Shown: positions 8,857 to 18,881, counted from the first letter of the stretch. The stretch: 64,000 nucleotides of DNA from an uncultured Lachnospiraceae bacterium (GCA_964537765.1 CAZICB010000001.1:107078-171077), one strand, 5' to 3'. Notes: generated by a model from the letters alone, not told the origin. Made by a program: numbers and translations.

Positions 8857-10263
8857 ATGGCAATTTTGCAGGCAAAAACGGAAAGCGGATATGTAGAAGG
8901 TATTCGGGCAAATTTCCCTTTTTTTAGTATATTTAAAGGAATTCCCTTTATGGCGCCTCCTGTTGGGAATCTTCGATGGAAAGCGCCGGTTGATCCGGCA
9001 CCATGGGAGGGCGTTTTAAAGTGCGATCATTTCAAACCGATGGAATTACAGCCGAAATACGCTTCCGAGGGCGGCTTAATCGCGGACGAGTTTATGGGGG
9101 TTCAGATGCCGATGCAGGAGGACTGCATGTACTTGAATATCTGGACGCCAGCAGAATGTACCGATGAAAAGCTTCCGGTCGCTGTGTATTTCCATGGCGG
9201 GGCGTTTACGACCGGATTAAGCTATCTGAATTGTTTTGACGGGGAGGGCTTTAATAAAAGAGGAATCATCTTTGTGACAATTCCGTACCGGTTAAATATT
9301 TTCGGATTTCTGGCACATCCCGCCCTGTCAGCGGAAGCTCCTCAGGAGACTTCCGGAAATTATGCTTTTCTGGATTTGATTCAAGGACTGAAATGGGTTC
9401 AGAAAAATATTTCCGCTTTCGGCGGCGATCCGGAAAATGTTTCAATTTTTGGTCAGTCCGCAGGCGCCGGATGTGTACGGGCAATGTGTAATTCCCCGCT
9501 TGCGAAGGGTCTGTTTAAGAGGGCGATTATCCAATCCATCGGCGCTCTTAACAGCACTCCGTTTACATCCTGGTGCGATACACTGTCCCATGCGGAACGA
9601 TTGGGGGAAGATTTCTTTCGATTTGCAGGCTTCAAGACGATTGAAGACGCGAGGGCAGTGAGCGGGGAACAGCTGGAGGATTTATTTGTCCGTTTTAATG
9701 CGGAGAAACGATATCCGGAAGATGATGAAATATACGCAGGTGGATTTCTTCGTTTTGGACCGATTGAGCAGGATGGCTATCTATTCCCAAAACCGCAGGC
9801 AGAAATCACGAAAGCGGGGGAACACGCGGACATTACGTACATTATCGGATCCACCGCGAATGAATATCCTTATATGACACCATGCAATATTGCTTTTGCG
9901 GAAAACCAGATCATTGTTCAAAAAAATCCGGTATATGTGTACTATTTTCAGTATGTGCCGCCAGGCGCGGAGGCAGAAGGAGCGCATCATTCGGTTGAAC
10001 ATCATTATGTGTTCCAGACTTTGCTGCGGTCCAGGAGGCCTTATGGCGGATTTGATTTTGAATTGTCCAATGAACTCGCAGACCGCTGGGCGCAATTCTT
10101 TAAAAGCGGGACTCCGAATTGCCCGGGAAAGCCTTATGCCGCGTGGCTTCCGTACACGGCGGAGAATCGTGAGGTATTGGGAATTACCAGACAAGGCTGT
10201 CATATGATGCCTTGCCCGTTGTCTGAAAATGACAGGGAAAGAATAAAGAAAGAACTTGCATAA
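8857..10263 (+). CDS. type-B carboxylesterase (alpha/beta hydrolase), no signal peptide
   Basis: FKGIPF..PPVGNLRW, EDCMYLNIW, oxyanion HGGAF, nucleophile GQSAG, acid GSTANE, His in GAHHSVE. Confidence 0.9.
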   Translation: MAILQAKTESGYVEGIRANFPFFSIFKGIPFMAPPVGNLRWKAPVDPAPWEGVLKCDHFKPMELQPKYASEGGLIADEFMGVQMPMQEDCMYLNIWTPAECTDEKLPVAVYFHGGAFTTGLSYLNCFDGEGFNKRGIIFVTIPYRLNIFGFLAHPALSAEAPQETSGNYAFLDLIQGLKWVQKNISAFGGDPENVSIFGQSAGAGCVRAMCNSPLAKGLFKRAIIQSIGALNSTPFTSWCDTLSHAERLGEDFFRFAGFKTIEDARAVSGEQLEDLFVRFNAEKRYPEDDEIYAGGFLRFGPIEQDGYLFPKPQAEITKAGEHADITYIIGSTANEYPYMTPCNIAFAENQIIVQKNPVYVYYFQYVPPGAEAEGAHHSVEHHYVFQTLLRSRRPYGGFDFELSNELADRWAQFFKSGTPNCPGKPYAAWLPYTAENREVLGITRQGCHMMPCPLSENDRERIKKELA

Positions 10264-10276
10264 AATCAGTTGAACG

Positions 10277-10311
10277 ATGGAGGAGTGCGAAAGGCTTTGG
10301 CATTCCTCCAT
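10277..10311 (+). other. intergenic hairpin after esterase
   Basis: atggaggagtgc...gcattcctccat inverted repeat without a clean U tract. Confidence 0.55.
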
Positions 10312-10323
10312 GCTTACAAAAAA

Positions 10324-10337
10324 TGATGTGTACAACA
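10324..10337. promoter_or_regulatory. third copy of candidate GntR operator
   Basis: TGATGTGTACAACA, 13/14 identical to 5894-5907. Confidence 0.65.
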
Positions 10338-10358
10338 ACGTATTTAAAAAGGAGAAAA

Positions 10359-11387
10359 ATGAAAGCAGTATATATTGATGAAGCAGGTATTGTAAATATA
10401 AGGGATATTGATATGCCTTCCAGAAAACCGGGAGAGGCATTGTTGAAAATTCTGTATGGAGGCATTTGCGGAAGTGATTTAGGCTCTTACAGGGGAACAT
10501 TTGCGTACTTTGATTATCCGCGTATCCCAGGTCATGAATTATCAGCAGAAGTGGTAGATGTAGATGAGGACAATGCGTTTGGTATCAAAAAAGGCATGAT
10601 CGTTACAGTGAACCCATACTTCAATTGCGGCGCCTGTTATTCCTGTAAAAATGGCAGAGTAAACGCATGTGAGCATAATGAGACAATGGGGTGCCAGAGA
10701 GACGGTGGCTTTTGTGAGTACATTGCGATGCCTTTGGAACGGATTTATGACGGCAAAGGCATTGACCCGAAAACGCTGGCGGCGATAGAACCATGTTGTA
10801 TAAGTTATCACGGAATCCGGAGGGGCAATGTCAGTTCCGGGGACAGGGTATTGGTGGTTGGCGCCGGAACGATAGGAGTATTGGCGGCGGTGACAGCAAA
10901 GGCCAGAGGAGCTGAAGTCTATGTGGCAGACATTGCGCAGGGAAAACTGGAACTGGCCAAAACCTTTGGAGTGGACGGGGTTATCCTGAATGATAATCAA
11001 GAACATTTTTTGAAGCAGGTTTATGAGATTACGGAGGGAAATGGCTTTGATGTAACGATTGAAGCGGTAGGCTTACCATCAACTTTCCAGAATTGTATAG
11101 ACGCGGTATGCTTTGGCGGACGTATGGTTCTGATCGGTGTCGGTAAAAAGAATCTGGATTTCAATTTCACATTGATCCAGAAAAAGGAACTGCATATTTA
11201 CGGCTCCAGAAACGCGATGAAGCAGGATTTCCTGGAACTCATAACTCTTACAAAAGAAGGGAAACTGCCATTAGAAAAAATCATTACGAACACCTATAAC
11301 TGGACCGATGCGGCAAGGGCGTTTCACGATTTTTCAAATAATGCCGGCGATATGTTAAAGGTCGTTCTGGATTTTACCGTTTCATAG
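10359..11387 (+). CDS. Zn-dependent MDR dehydrogenase, L-galactonate/L-gulonate 5-dehydrogenase-like
   Basis: GICGSD, GHE, structural Zn CGACYSC..C, GAGTIG and GSRNA motifs; ATG 10359 behind AAGGAG. Confidence 0.85.
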   Translation: MKAVYIDEAGIVNIRDIDMPSRKPGEALLKILYGGICGSDLGSYRGTFAYFDYPRIPGHELSAEVVDVDEDNAFGIKKGMIVTVNPYFNCGACYSCKNGRVNACEHNETMGCQRDGGFCEYIAMPLERIYDGKGIDPKTLAAIEPCCISYHGIRRGNVSSGDRVLVVGAGTIGVLAAVTAKARGAEVYVADIAQGKLELAKTFGVDGVILNDNQEHFLKQVYEITEGNGFDVTIEAVGLPSTFQNCIDAVCFGGRMVLIGVGKKNLDFNFTLIQKKELHIYGSRNAMKQDFLELITLTKEGKLPLEKIITNTYNWTDAARAFHDFSNNAGDMLKVVLDFTVS

Positions 11388-11468
11388 CAGCCGGTGAGCA
11401 CTTACATTCCTATATGAAAACCTGATTCTCTTCCAGTATCTCTTTATGCGTGAAATTTAAAAAACAGC

Positions 11469-11497
11469 TTGACTTTTTGTGCGCCGGATGCTACTAT
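11469..11497 (+). promoter_or_regulatory. sigma-A promoter of rplU operon
   Basis: TTGACT, 17 bp, TGcTACTAT. Confidence 0.6.
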
Positions 11498-11504
11498 AAT
11501 TCAG

Positions 11505-11580
11505 TATGCCGCACAATGAGGTTGAAAAGCTCCGGGCTATGCTTCCGGACACCATAGTTGGCGAGTAATGATAATAGGAG
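11505..11580 (+). ncRNA. L21 ribosomal leader (cis-regulatory RNA)
   Basis: GCCGCAC...GAGGT...ACC...GGCGAG pattern directly 5' of the rplU RBS. Confidence 0.6.
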
Positions 11581-11587
11581 GTGCCAT

Positions 11588-11896
11588 ATGTACGCGATTA
11601 TTGCAACAGGTGGTAAGCAGTACAAAGTAGCAGAAGGCGATATCATTAAGGTAGAAAAACTTGGTGTAGACGCTGGCGAAACCGTTACGTTTGACCAGGT
11701 GCTTGCTGTAAACGACGGAGAGTTATCCATCGGATGCCCGACCGTAGCCGGAGCAACTGTTTCCGCAACCGTTATCAAGGAAGCGAAAGCAAAAAAGGTG
11801 ATTGTTTACAAGTATAAGAGAAAAACCGGATACCACAAAAAGAACGGACACAGACAGCTGTACACCCAGGTTAAGATCGACAAGATCAACGCTTGA
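11588..11896 (+). CDS. rplU: 50S ribosomal protein L21
   Basis: [14 protein letters not shown]...GHRQLYT. Confidence 0.97.
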   Translation: MYAIIATGGKQYKVAEGDIIKVEKLGVDAGETVTFDQVLAVNDGELSIGCPTVAGATVSATVIKEAKAKKVIVYKYKRKTGYHKKNGHRQLYTQVKIDKINA

Positions 11897-11898
11897 TT

Positions 11899-12231
11899 AT
11901 GATTACAGTTACGGTCTTTCAGGATTCTGAAAGGGACAGGTATACCGGGATCGAGCTTGCCGGGCATGCCGGATATGCCGAGCACGGAGAGGACATTATC
12001 TGCGCTGCGGTTTCCGCGCTGGTACTAAATATGGCAAATTCGGTGAAACAGTTTACCGAGGACCCGTTTGAAGGTGGTACGGAGGAGGCGACCGGACATT
12101 TCTGGTTCCGCTTTACCGATGCGATCAGTTCAGAATCAACACTCCTTATGAACTCTCTTGTCCTGGGATTGCAGAACATTCAGAGGGAATATGGAAAAAA
12201 ATATATTAAAATTCGAATGAAGGAGGTGTAA
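11899..12231 (+). CDS. prp: ribosomal-processing cysteine protease Prp
   Basis: GHAGYA..DIICAAVSAL His/Cys dyad; between rplU and rpmA. Confidence 0.92.
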   Translation: MITVTVFQDSERDRYTGIELAGHAGYAEHGEDIICAAVSALVLNMANSVKQFTEDPFEGGTEEATGHFWFRFTDAISSESTLLMNSLVLGLQNIQREYGKKYIKIRMKEV

Positions 12232-12234
12232 GTG

Positions 12235-12525
12235 ATGTTTAAGATGAACCTTCAGTTATTCGCTCATAAGAAAGGTGTAGGCTCTACCAAAAACGGCAGA
12301 GATTCCGAGTCCAAGAGACTGGGCGCCAAGAGAGCAGATGGTCAGTTCGTATTAGCTGGCAACATTCTTTACAGACAGCGTGGAACCAAGATCCATCCGG
12401 GTCTGAACGTTGGACGCGGCGGCGATGATACCCTGTTCGCTACTGCAGACGGTGTTGTGAGATTTGAGAGAAAGGGCAGAGACAAAAAACAGGTTTCTGT
12501 TTACCCAAGAACAATCAACGAGTGA
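12235..12525 (+). CDS. rpmA: 50S ribosomal protein L27 with Prp-cleaved N-terminal extension
   Basis: [21 protein letters not shown]. Confidence 0.97.
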   Translation: MFKMNLQLFAHKKGVGSTKNGRDSESKRLGAKRADGQFVLAGNILYRQRGTKIHPGLNVGRGGDDTLFATADGVVRFERKGRDKKQVSVYPRTINE

Positions 12526-12540
12526 TGCGATGAATTTGAC

Positions 12541-12575
12541 GGGCTTCATACTGATTCCGGTATGAAGCCCTTTTT
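12541..12575 (+). terminator. intrinsic terminator after rpmA
   Basis: gggcttcatac/gtatgaagccc stem plus T5. Confidence 0.75.
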
Positions 12576-12592
12576 CGAAAGGACGGAAAATA

Positions 12593-13876
12593 ATGTTTGC
12601 AGACCGTGCAAAAATCTTTATCAAATCCGGCAAGGGCGGGGACGGACATGTCAGTTTCCGCCGCGAGTTGTTTGTTCCGGCAGGGGGTCCTGACGGCGGG
12701 GACGGCGGAAAGGGCGGAGACATTATTTTTGAGACGGATCCGGGCCTTAATACGCTGACGGATTTCAGACATGTTCATAAATATATCGCAAAAGACGGAG
12801 AACAAGGCGGCAAGAAGCGGTGCCACGGATCCAACGCGGAAAACCTGGTGATCAAGGTGCCGGAGGGCACGGTGATCAAGGATTTCGAGTCCGGCAAGGT
12901 CATCGCCGATATGTCCGGAGAAAATAAAAGAGAAGTGATATTGAAGGGCGGAAAAGGGGGCCTGGGCAATATGAATTTTGCTACGTCCACCATGCAGGCG
13001 CCCAAATATGCCCAGCCGGGCCAGCCGGGTCGTGAGCTGTGGGTGACCCTGGAGCTGAAGGTGATCGCGGACGTGGGCCTGGTGGGTTTCCCCAATGTTG
13101 GCAAATCTACCTTGCTCTCCCGGGTATCCAACGCCCATCCGAAGATCGCCAACTATCATTTTACCACCCTGGATCCCCATCTGGGCGTGGTAGATTTGGA
13201 CGGCAATGCGGGCTTTGTCATGGCGGATATCCCGGGGCTGATTGCGGGCGCCTCCGAGGGCGTGGGTCTGGGTCATGATTTCCTGCGCCATATCGAACGA
13301 ACCAAGGTGCTGATCCATGTGGTGGATGCGGCCAGTACCGAGGGACGGGATCCGGTGGAGGATATCCGAACCATCAACAAGGAGCTGGAACAGTATAATC
13401 CGCAGCTTCTTTCCCGTCCCATGGTGATCGCGGCCAATAAAATGGACGCGGTTTGTGAGGGGGATGAGGATCCCTGCAAGCTTTTGCGGGATACCTTCGG
13501 GCCGGAAGGAATCCAGGTTTACCCCATTTCCGCTGTCAGCGGCAAGGGCGTCAGGGAACTTTTATATGCGGTCTATGAACTTTTAAAGACGGTAGACCAG
13601 AAGCCGGTGATATTTGAGAAGGAATTCCACATGGAATATGCGGGAGATAAGAATCTGCCCTATACTGTGGAGCGGGATGAGGACGGCAGCTTCGTGGTGG
13701 AGGGACCCCGGATTGAGAAAATGCTGGGCTACACCAATCTGGAGTCTGAGAAGGGCTTCCGGTTTTTCCAGAATTTCTTAAAGGAGAACGGAATTTTGGA
13801 GGAGCTTGAGAAGGCAGGCATAAAAGAGGGCGACACCGTGCGCATGTACGGTCTGGTCTTTGACTACTACAAATGA
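12593..13876 (+). CDS. obgE: GTPase ObgE/CgtA
   Basis: Gly-rich Obg fold; GFPNVGKS, DIPG and NKMD motifs; C-terminal OCT domain. Confidence 0.97.
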   Translation: MFADRAKIFIKSGKGGDGHVSFRRELFVPAGGPDGGDGGKGGDIIFETDPGLNTLTDFRHVHKYIAKDGEQGGKKRCHGSNAENLVIKVPEGTVIKDFESGKVIADMSGENKREVILKGGKGGLGNMNFATSTMQAPKYAQPGQPGRELWVTLELKVIADVGLVGFPNVGKSTLLSRVSNAHPKIANYHFTTLDPHLGVVDLDGNAGFVMADIPGLIAGASEGVGLGHDFLRHIERTKVLIHVVDAASTEGRDPVEDIRTINKELEQYNPQLLSRPMVIAANKMDAVCEGDEDPCKLLRDTFGPEGIQVYPISAVSGKGVRELLYAVYELLKTVDQKPVIFEKEFHMEYAGDKNLPYTVERDEDGSFVVEGPRIEKMLGYTNLESEKGFRFFQNFLKENGILEELEKAGIKEGDTVRMYGLVFDYYK

Positions 13877-13923
13877 TTGGGGCACAGGCTCAATCATCCG
13901 ACTTATGATATGAGGAGAATAAA

Positions 13924-14223
13924 ATGACAAGCAAGCAGAGATCCTATTTAAAAGGGATTGCCATGACCACGGAGCCGATTTTCCAGATCGGCAAGTCCAG
14001 CGTGACGCCGGAGCTGACCACGGCCATTGGGGAGGCGCTGGAGGCGCGGGAGCTGATCAAGATCACCGTGCTGAAAAACTGTCTGGACGACGGCCGTTCC
14101 ATCGCCGAGATGCTGGCGGAGCGAACCCATGCGGAGGTGGTGCAGGTGATCGGAAAAAAGATCGTGCTGTATCGGCCGGCAAAGGACGAGAAGAAGCGCA
14201 AAATCCAGCTGCCCAGGGCTTGA
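13924..14223 (+). CDS. yhbY: CRM-domain ribosome assembly RNA-binding protein YhbY
   Basis: TSKQRSYLK..QIGK..ELIKI..QVIGKKIVLYR. Confidence 0.92.
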   Translation: MTSKQRSYLKGIAMTTEPIFQIGKSSVTPELTTAIGEALEARELIKITVLKNCLDDGRSIAEMLAERTHAEVVQVIGKKIVLYRPAKDEKKRKIQLPRA

Positions 14224-14266
14224 AGGGGCGACGGAAAAAAGACAAAGCAAGGAGGCAGACAGGCCC

Positions 14267-14875
14267 ATGGCGAAGATCGGCATTATGGGCGGGACCTTTG
14301 ACCCGATCCACAACGGGCATCTGCTGCTGGGGCGGCAGGCCTATCAGGAATACGATTTAGATGAGGTCTGGTACATGCCATCCGGTATACCGCCCCACAA
14401 AAAAGGCCATAAGATCACAGACGCCAAAACCCGGTGTGAAATGATAAAACTGGCCATTGCGGATTTTCCCTATTTTAAGCTGTCGGATTTTGAAATCCGC
14501 CGGGAGGGCAATACCTACACCGCCCAGACTTTACAGCTTTTAAAAGAGGCATATCCCCAGCATAAATTCTATTTCGTTGTGGGAGCGGATTCCCTATATC
14601 AGATCGAAAGCTGGTATCAGCCGGAGCAGGTGCTTGGCAGCGTGGTGCTTTTGGCTGCCCACCGGGATTATCCCAAGGCTCCTCGGACCATGGAACAGCA
14701 GCGGGTCTATTTGATGGAAAAATATCATGCGGACATCCGGCTTCTTCACTGTCCGGATGTGGATATTGCTTCCGAGCAGCTGCGTGAAATGCACGCCAGA
14801 GGAAGTCATATTTTTCAATACGTACCCAAAGCGGTAGAAGTTTATATTGACGCGCATCATCTATACCAGGAGTGA
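14267..14875 (+). CDS. nadD: nicotinate-nucleotide adenylyltransferase
   Basis: GGTFDPIHNGH, PPHK and GADS motifs. Confidence 0.95.
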   Translation: MAKIGIMGGTFDPIHNGHLLLGRQAYQEYDLDEVWYMPSGIPPHKKGHKITDAKTRCEMIKLAIADFPYFKLSDFEIRREGNTYTAQTLQLLKEAYPQHKFYFVVGADSLYQIESWYQPEQVLGSVVLLAAHRDYPKAPRTMEQQRVYLMEKYHADIRLLHCPDVDIASEQLREMHARGSHIFQYVPKAVEVYIDAHHLYQE

Positions 14876-14879
14876 ATGA

Positions 14880-15470
14880 ATGATGATTACCATAAATGAA
14901 CAGATCATGACGATCCGCAAGCAGCTGAAGTCCAAGCTGGATCCCATGCGCTATGAGCATTCCGTCAGCGTTTCCTATATCTGTATGGCGCTTGCCATGC
15001 GTTATGGCTATGACCTTCAGATGGCGGAGCTTGCCGGGATTCTCCATGACTGTGCCAAGCGCTACAGTGATATCGTGTTGATTGATAAATGCAAAAAGCA
15101 CGGGATTGCTCTGACGGAGGATGAGCTTCGCGCGCCGGCGGTGATCCATGCCAAATACGGCGCCTGGATGGCGGAAAATAAGTTTGGCATCCGGAATGAG
15201 GAGGTTCTTTCCGCGATCCGTTGCCACACCACTGGCAAGGCCGGCATGGGGCTTTTGGACAAGATCCTTTATATCGCGGACTATATTGAACCGCGGCGGG
15301 ATAAGGCGTCCAATCTTCCCCAGATGCGCTGCCTTGCTTTCCAGGACCTGGATGAAACCATGTTCCAGATATTGGAAAGCACTCTGCAATATCTGAAAAA
15401 AAAGGGCGGAAGCGTGGATTCCATGACGCTGCAGGCTTACGAATATTTCAAGGAAAGGAGAAAGGCTTAG
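14880..15470 (+). CDS. yqeK: HD-domain symmetrical Ap4A hydrolase YqeK
   Basis: RYEHS..LHDCAK..HTTG..ADYIEP; between nadD and rsfS. Confidence 0.9.
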   Translation: MMITINEQIMTIRKQLKSKLDPMRYEHSVSVSYICMALAMRYGYDLQMAELAGILHDCAKRYSDIVLIDKCKKHGIALTEDELRAPAVIHAKYGAWMAENKFGIRNEEVLSAIRCHTTGKAGMGLLDKILYIADYIEPRRDKASNLPQMRCLAFQDLDETMFQILESTLQYLKKKGGSVDSMTLQAYEYFKERRKA

Positions 15471-15842
15471 ATGAACGATTCAAAGAAAATGGCAAGTCTG
15501 GCGGTCCATGCCCTGGAGGAGAAAAAGGGCGAGAATATCCGGGTAATTGATATTTCTGGAATTTCCGTGATCGGCGATTATTTTGTCATTGCCAGCGGCA
15601 GCAATGCCAACCAGGTTCAGGCAATGGTCGACAGCGTGGAGGAAACGCTGGGGCGGGCTGGCTATGCCTGCCGCCAGATCGAGGGCTACCAGAGCGGCGG
15701 CTGGATTTTGATGGATTACGGCGATATCGTGGTCCATGCATTCAGTCGGGAGGAACGTTTGTTCTATGATCTGGAGCGTGTCTGGAGAGATGGAAAGATG
15801 CTGGACGCGAAGGAATTTACCCTTGAGGAAAAAGCGGAATAG
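15471..15842 (+). CDS. rsfS: ribosome silencing factor RsfS
   Basis: KKGENI..DYFVIASG..WILMDYGDIVVH..YDLERVW. Confidence 0.95.
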   Translation: MNDSKKMASLAVHALEEKKGENIRVIDISGISVIGDYFVIASGSNANQVQAMVDSVEETLGRAGYACRQIEGYQSGGWILMDYGDIVVHAFSREERLFYDLERVWRDGKMLDAKEFTLEEKAE

Positions 15843-15868
15843 GCTGAGCAAAAAAAGGAGCGCGAATT

Positions 15869-17368
15869 ATGCCGAACTATGTCATCGCATTGGATCAGGG
15901 AACCACGAGTTCCAGGTGCATCCTGTTTGATCATGCGGGAAATATCTGCAGCGTAGCACAAAAAGAATTTACCCAGATTTACCCGCAGCCGGGCTGGGTG
16001 GAGCACAATCCCATGGAGATCTTGTCATCGCAGCTTTCCGTGACCATGGAAGCCATGGATAAAATCGGTGCCCACTGCAGCGATATCGCTGCCATCGGTA
16101 TCACGAATCAGCGGGAGACTACCATGATCTGGGATAAGGTGACGGGGGAGCCGGTCTACAATGCCATCGTCTGGCAATGCCGCCGAACCGCCGACCGGAT
16201 TGAAAAACTGAAGAAGGACGGCTGGGAAGAGAAAATCACCGAGCGGACCGGACTGATCCCGGATGCTTATTTTTCCGGAAGTAAGATTGCATGGATCCTG
16301 GATCATGTGGAGGGCGCCCGGGAGCGGGCAAAAAACGGAGAACTTTTGTTCGGGACGGTAGATACCTGGCTGATCTGGAACCTGACCAAAGGCCGCATCC
16401 ATGTGACAGACTATACCAATGCGTCCCGCACCATGCTTTATGATATCCACAGAAAATGCTGGGACGAGGAGATCTTGGAGTATTTTCATATCCCAAAATG
16501 TATCTTGCCGGAGGTGAAACCGTCGAGTTGCGTCTATGGCTATACCTCTATGGATGTGATGGGCGGAAAGATTCCGATTTCCGGGGCTGCGGGAGATCAG
16601 CAGGCTGCTTTGTTCGGGCAGTGCTGTTTTGAACCAGGCCAGATGAAAAATACATATGGCACCGGCTGCTTCCTGTTGATGAACACCGGGGAGAAGGCCG
16701 TGCGCTCCCATCATGGCCTGCTTACCACGATTGCGGCCAGCACCGGGGAAAAAGTGAATTATGCCCTTGAGGGCAGCGTTTTTATCGCCGGGGCGGCTGT
16801 TCAATGGCTGAGGGATGAGATGCGCATGGTACGCACGGCAGCCCAGACGGAGGAATATTGCACAGCGGTGCCAGACACCGGCGGCGTCTATGTGGTTCCG
16901 GCTTTTTCAGGTCTTGGCGCCCCGTATTGGAATCCTTACGCCAGGGGAACCATCGTGGGAGTGACCAGGGGTACCAATAAAGAACAGTTCATCCGTGCCA
17001 CGGTGGCTTCCATGGCTTACCAGGTGTATGATTTGGTGGAGTCCATGCGTCAGGATGCCAGCATCGAGCTGAAGGAATTGAAGGTGGACGGCGGAGCCTG
17101 TGCTAATAATTTCCTTATGCAGTTCCAGTCCGATCTTCTGGATGTAGAGCTTTCCAGGCCCAGGTGTATCGAGACCACCGCTCTTGGAGCCGCGTATCTG
17201 GCGGGCCTGGCTGTAGGCTTTTGGAAGAACAAAGAGGAAATCCGCGATAACTGGCAGGAGGCGCGTCGGTTCAGCAGTCAGATGGCCCCGGAAACCAGGA
17301 GAGATCTGATCAAGGGATGGAAACGCGCGGTGAATTGCGCCATCGCATGGAGCGCGGATGAAGAGTGA
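15869..17368 (+). CDS. glpK: glycerol kinase
   Basis: [26 protein letters not shown] and KNTYGTG motifs. Confidence 0.96.
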   Translation: MPNYVIALDQGTTSSRCILFDHAGNICSVAQKEFTQIYPQPGWVEHNPMEILSSQLSVTMEAMDKIGAHCSDIAAIGITNQRETTMIWDKVTGEPVYNAIVWQCRRTADRIEKLKKDGWEEKITERTGLIPDAYFSGSKIAWILDHVEGARERAKNGELLFGTVDTWLIWNLTKGRIHVTDYTNASRTMLYDIHRKCWDEEILEYFHIPKCILPEVKPSSCVYGYTSMDVMGGKIPISGAAGDQQAALFGQCCFEPGQMKNTYGTGCFLLMNTGEKAVRSHHGLLTTIAASTGEKVNYALEGSVFIAGAAVQWLRDEMRMVRTAAQTEEYCTAVPDTGGVYVVPAFSGLGAPYWNPYARGTIVGVTRGTNKEQFIRATVASMAYQVYDLVESMRQDASIELKELKVDGGACANNFLMQFQSDLLDVELSRPRCIETTALGAAYLAGLAVGFWKNKEEIRDNWQEARRFSSQMAPETRRDLIKGWKRAVNCAIAWSADEE

Positions 17369-17383
17369 CCATCCATTGAAAGG

Positions 17384-17427
17384 GTGCGGCTTAACCGTAA
17401 AAAACCGGTTGAACCGCACATTTTTTT
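17384..17427 (+). terminator. intrinsic terminator after glpK
   Basis: gtgcggcttaaccg/cggttgaaccgcac stem plus T7. Confidence 0.7.
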
Positions 17428-17531
17428 ATTGATTTATATAACGGAATTTAGTATAGTAGTTAAAGAATGGAAGTCCCGGTAAAGACCGGAAAGGAGATAA
17501 GAGCCTGTTTTTTATGTGAGGAGACGCAGCG

Positions 17532-18551
17532 ATGATTACAGTAGCAGTTGACGCCATGGGCGGTGACAATGCACCTGCCGAGATTGTCAAGGGGGCAGTG
17601 GAGGCGGTGTCTGCCAGAAAGGACATTCAGGTGCTTTTGGTGGGCCAGGAGGAGGTTGTGAAAAAGGAGCTGGAGAAGCATACCTATCCAGGGGAGCAGA
17701 TCCGGATCGTCCACGCATCGGAAGTGATTGAGACGGAGGAGCCTCCGGTCAATGCAATCCGGAGGAAAAAAGATTCCTCCATCGTGGTTGGCATGAACCT
17801 GGTGAAGCATGGCGAGGCGGATGCATTTGTTTCGGCTGGCAGCTCCGGCGCGGTTTTGGTAGGAGGGCAGACCATTGTCGGCAGGATCAAAGGAGTGGAA
17901 CGTCCCCCCTTTGGCGCGTTGATTCCCACGGAGAAGGGAGTCTCCCTGCTGTTGGACTGCGGAGCCAATGTGGATTCCCGCCCCTCCCATCTGGTCCAAT
18001 TTGCACAGATGGGTTCTATTTACATGGAACATGTAATAGGTATTAGCAAGCCCCGTGTGGGAATTGTCAACATCGGCGCTGAGGAGGAAAAGGGCAATGC
18101 CCTGGTGAAGGAAACCTTCCCGCTTTTAAAGGCATGTGAGGATATCAACTTTACCGGTAGCATCGAAGCAAGGGAGATTCCTCATGGCGGCGCGGATGTC
18201 ATCGTATGCGAGGCCTTTACCGGAAACGTGATCCTGAAGCTTTACGAGGGCACGGGAGCGGTATTGATCAGCATGATCAAGAAGCAATTGATGAGCAGCC
18301 TGCGCAGCAAGCTTGGCGCGCTTCTTGTTAAGCCTGCGTTAAAAGGCACGATGAAAGCTTTTGACGCCTCCCAGTATGGAGGCGCACCCCTTCTGGGCCT
18401 GAAGGGTCTGGTGGTGAAGACTCACGGAAATTCCAAAGCGGCCGAGGTGAGAAATTCCATCATCCAGTGCGTCACCTTCAAGGAACAGAGGATCAATGAG
18501 AAAATTAAGGAAAGCCTGGATGCCAAAGAACAGGCAAAAGAAAATGTATAA
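17532..18551 (+). CDS. plsX: phosphate acyltransferase PlsX
   Basis: VDAMGGDNAP, GRIKGVERP, LDCGAN and YGGAPLLG motifs. Confidence 0.96.
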   Translation: MITVAVDAMGGDNAPAEIVKGAVEAVSARKDIQVLLVGQEEVVKKELEKHTYPGEQIRIVHASEVIETEEPPVNAIRRKKDSSIVVGMNLVKHGEADAFVSAGSSGAVLVGGQTIVGRIKGVERPPFGALIPTEKGVSLLLDCGANVDSRPSHLVQFAQMGSIYMEHVIGISKPRVGIVNIGAEEEKGNALVKETFPLLKACEDINFTGSIEAREIPHGGADVIVCEAFTGNVILKLYEGTGAVLISMIKKQLMSSLRSKLGALLVKPALKGTMKAFDASQYGGAPLLGLKGLVVKTHGNSKAAEVRNSIIQCVTFKEQRINEKIKESLDAKEQAKENV

Positions 18552-18564
18552 TTAGGAGGAAAAT

Positions 18565-18795
18565 ATGGAATTTGAAAAATTGCAGGGGATTATCGCGGAA
18601 GTTCTGAATGTGGAAGCCGATGAGATTACCATGGACACCACGTTTGTGGAGGACCTGGGAGCGGATTCTTTGGACATTTTCCAGATTATCATGGGAATTG
18701 AGGAGGAGTTTGATATCGAGATTCCCACTGATGCGGCAGAGCAGATCGTTACCGTTGGGGATGCGGTCGAGCAGATCAAGAATGCATTGAACTGA
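18565..18795 (+). CDS. acpP: acyl carrier protein
   Basis: DLGADSLD phosphopantetheine site. Confidence 0.97.
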   Translation: MEFEKLQGIIAEVLNVEADEITMDTTFVEDLGADSLDIFQIIMGIEEEFDIEIPTDAAEQIVTVGDAVEQIKNALN

Positions 18796-18800
18796 TTCCT

Positions 18801-18832
18801 GGGGGCGTCGCAGAGCATGCGCCGCCCTTTTT
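18801..18832 (+). terminator. probable terminator after acpP
   Basis: gggcg-tcgca/tgcg-cc-gccc GC stem plus T5. Confidence 0.5.
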
Positions 18833-18881
18833 CCACTTTAACAGCATGAAAACAGCAAAAACAGCATGGAAAGGAGACCCT

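Noticed and set aside
4945-11460. TRAP island as an autonomous mobile element
   Set aside because: No integrase, transposase, tRNA target or flanking direct repeats visible; treated as an acquired metabolic cassette only
12235-12261. N-terminal extension on L27
   Set aside because: Known Firmicutes feature removed by the adjacent Prp protease
18017-18032. parS-like sequence on the minus strand in plsX (translates MFHV)
   Set aside because: About five mismatches to TGTTNCACGTGAAACA and not palindromic
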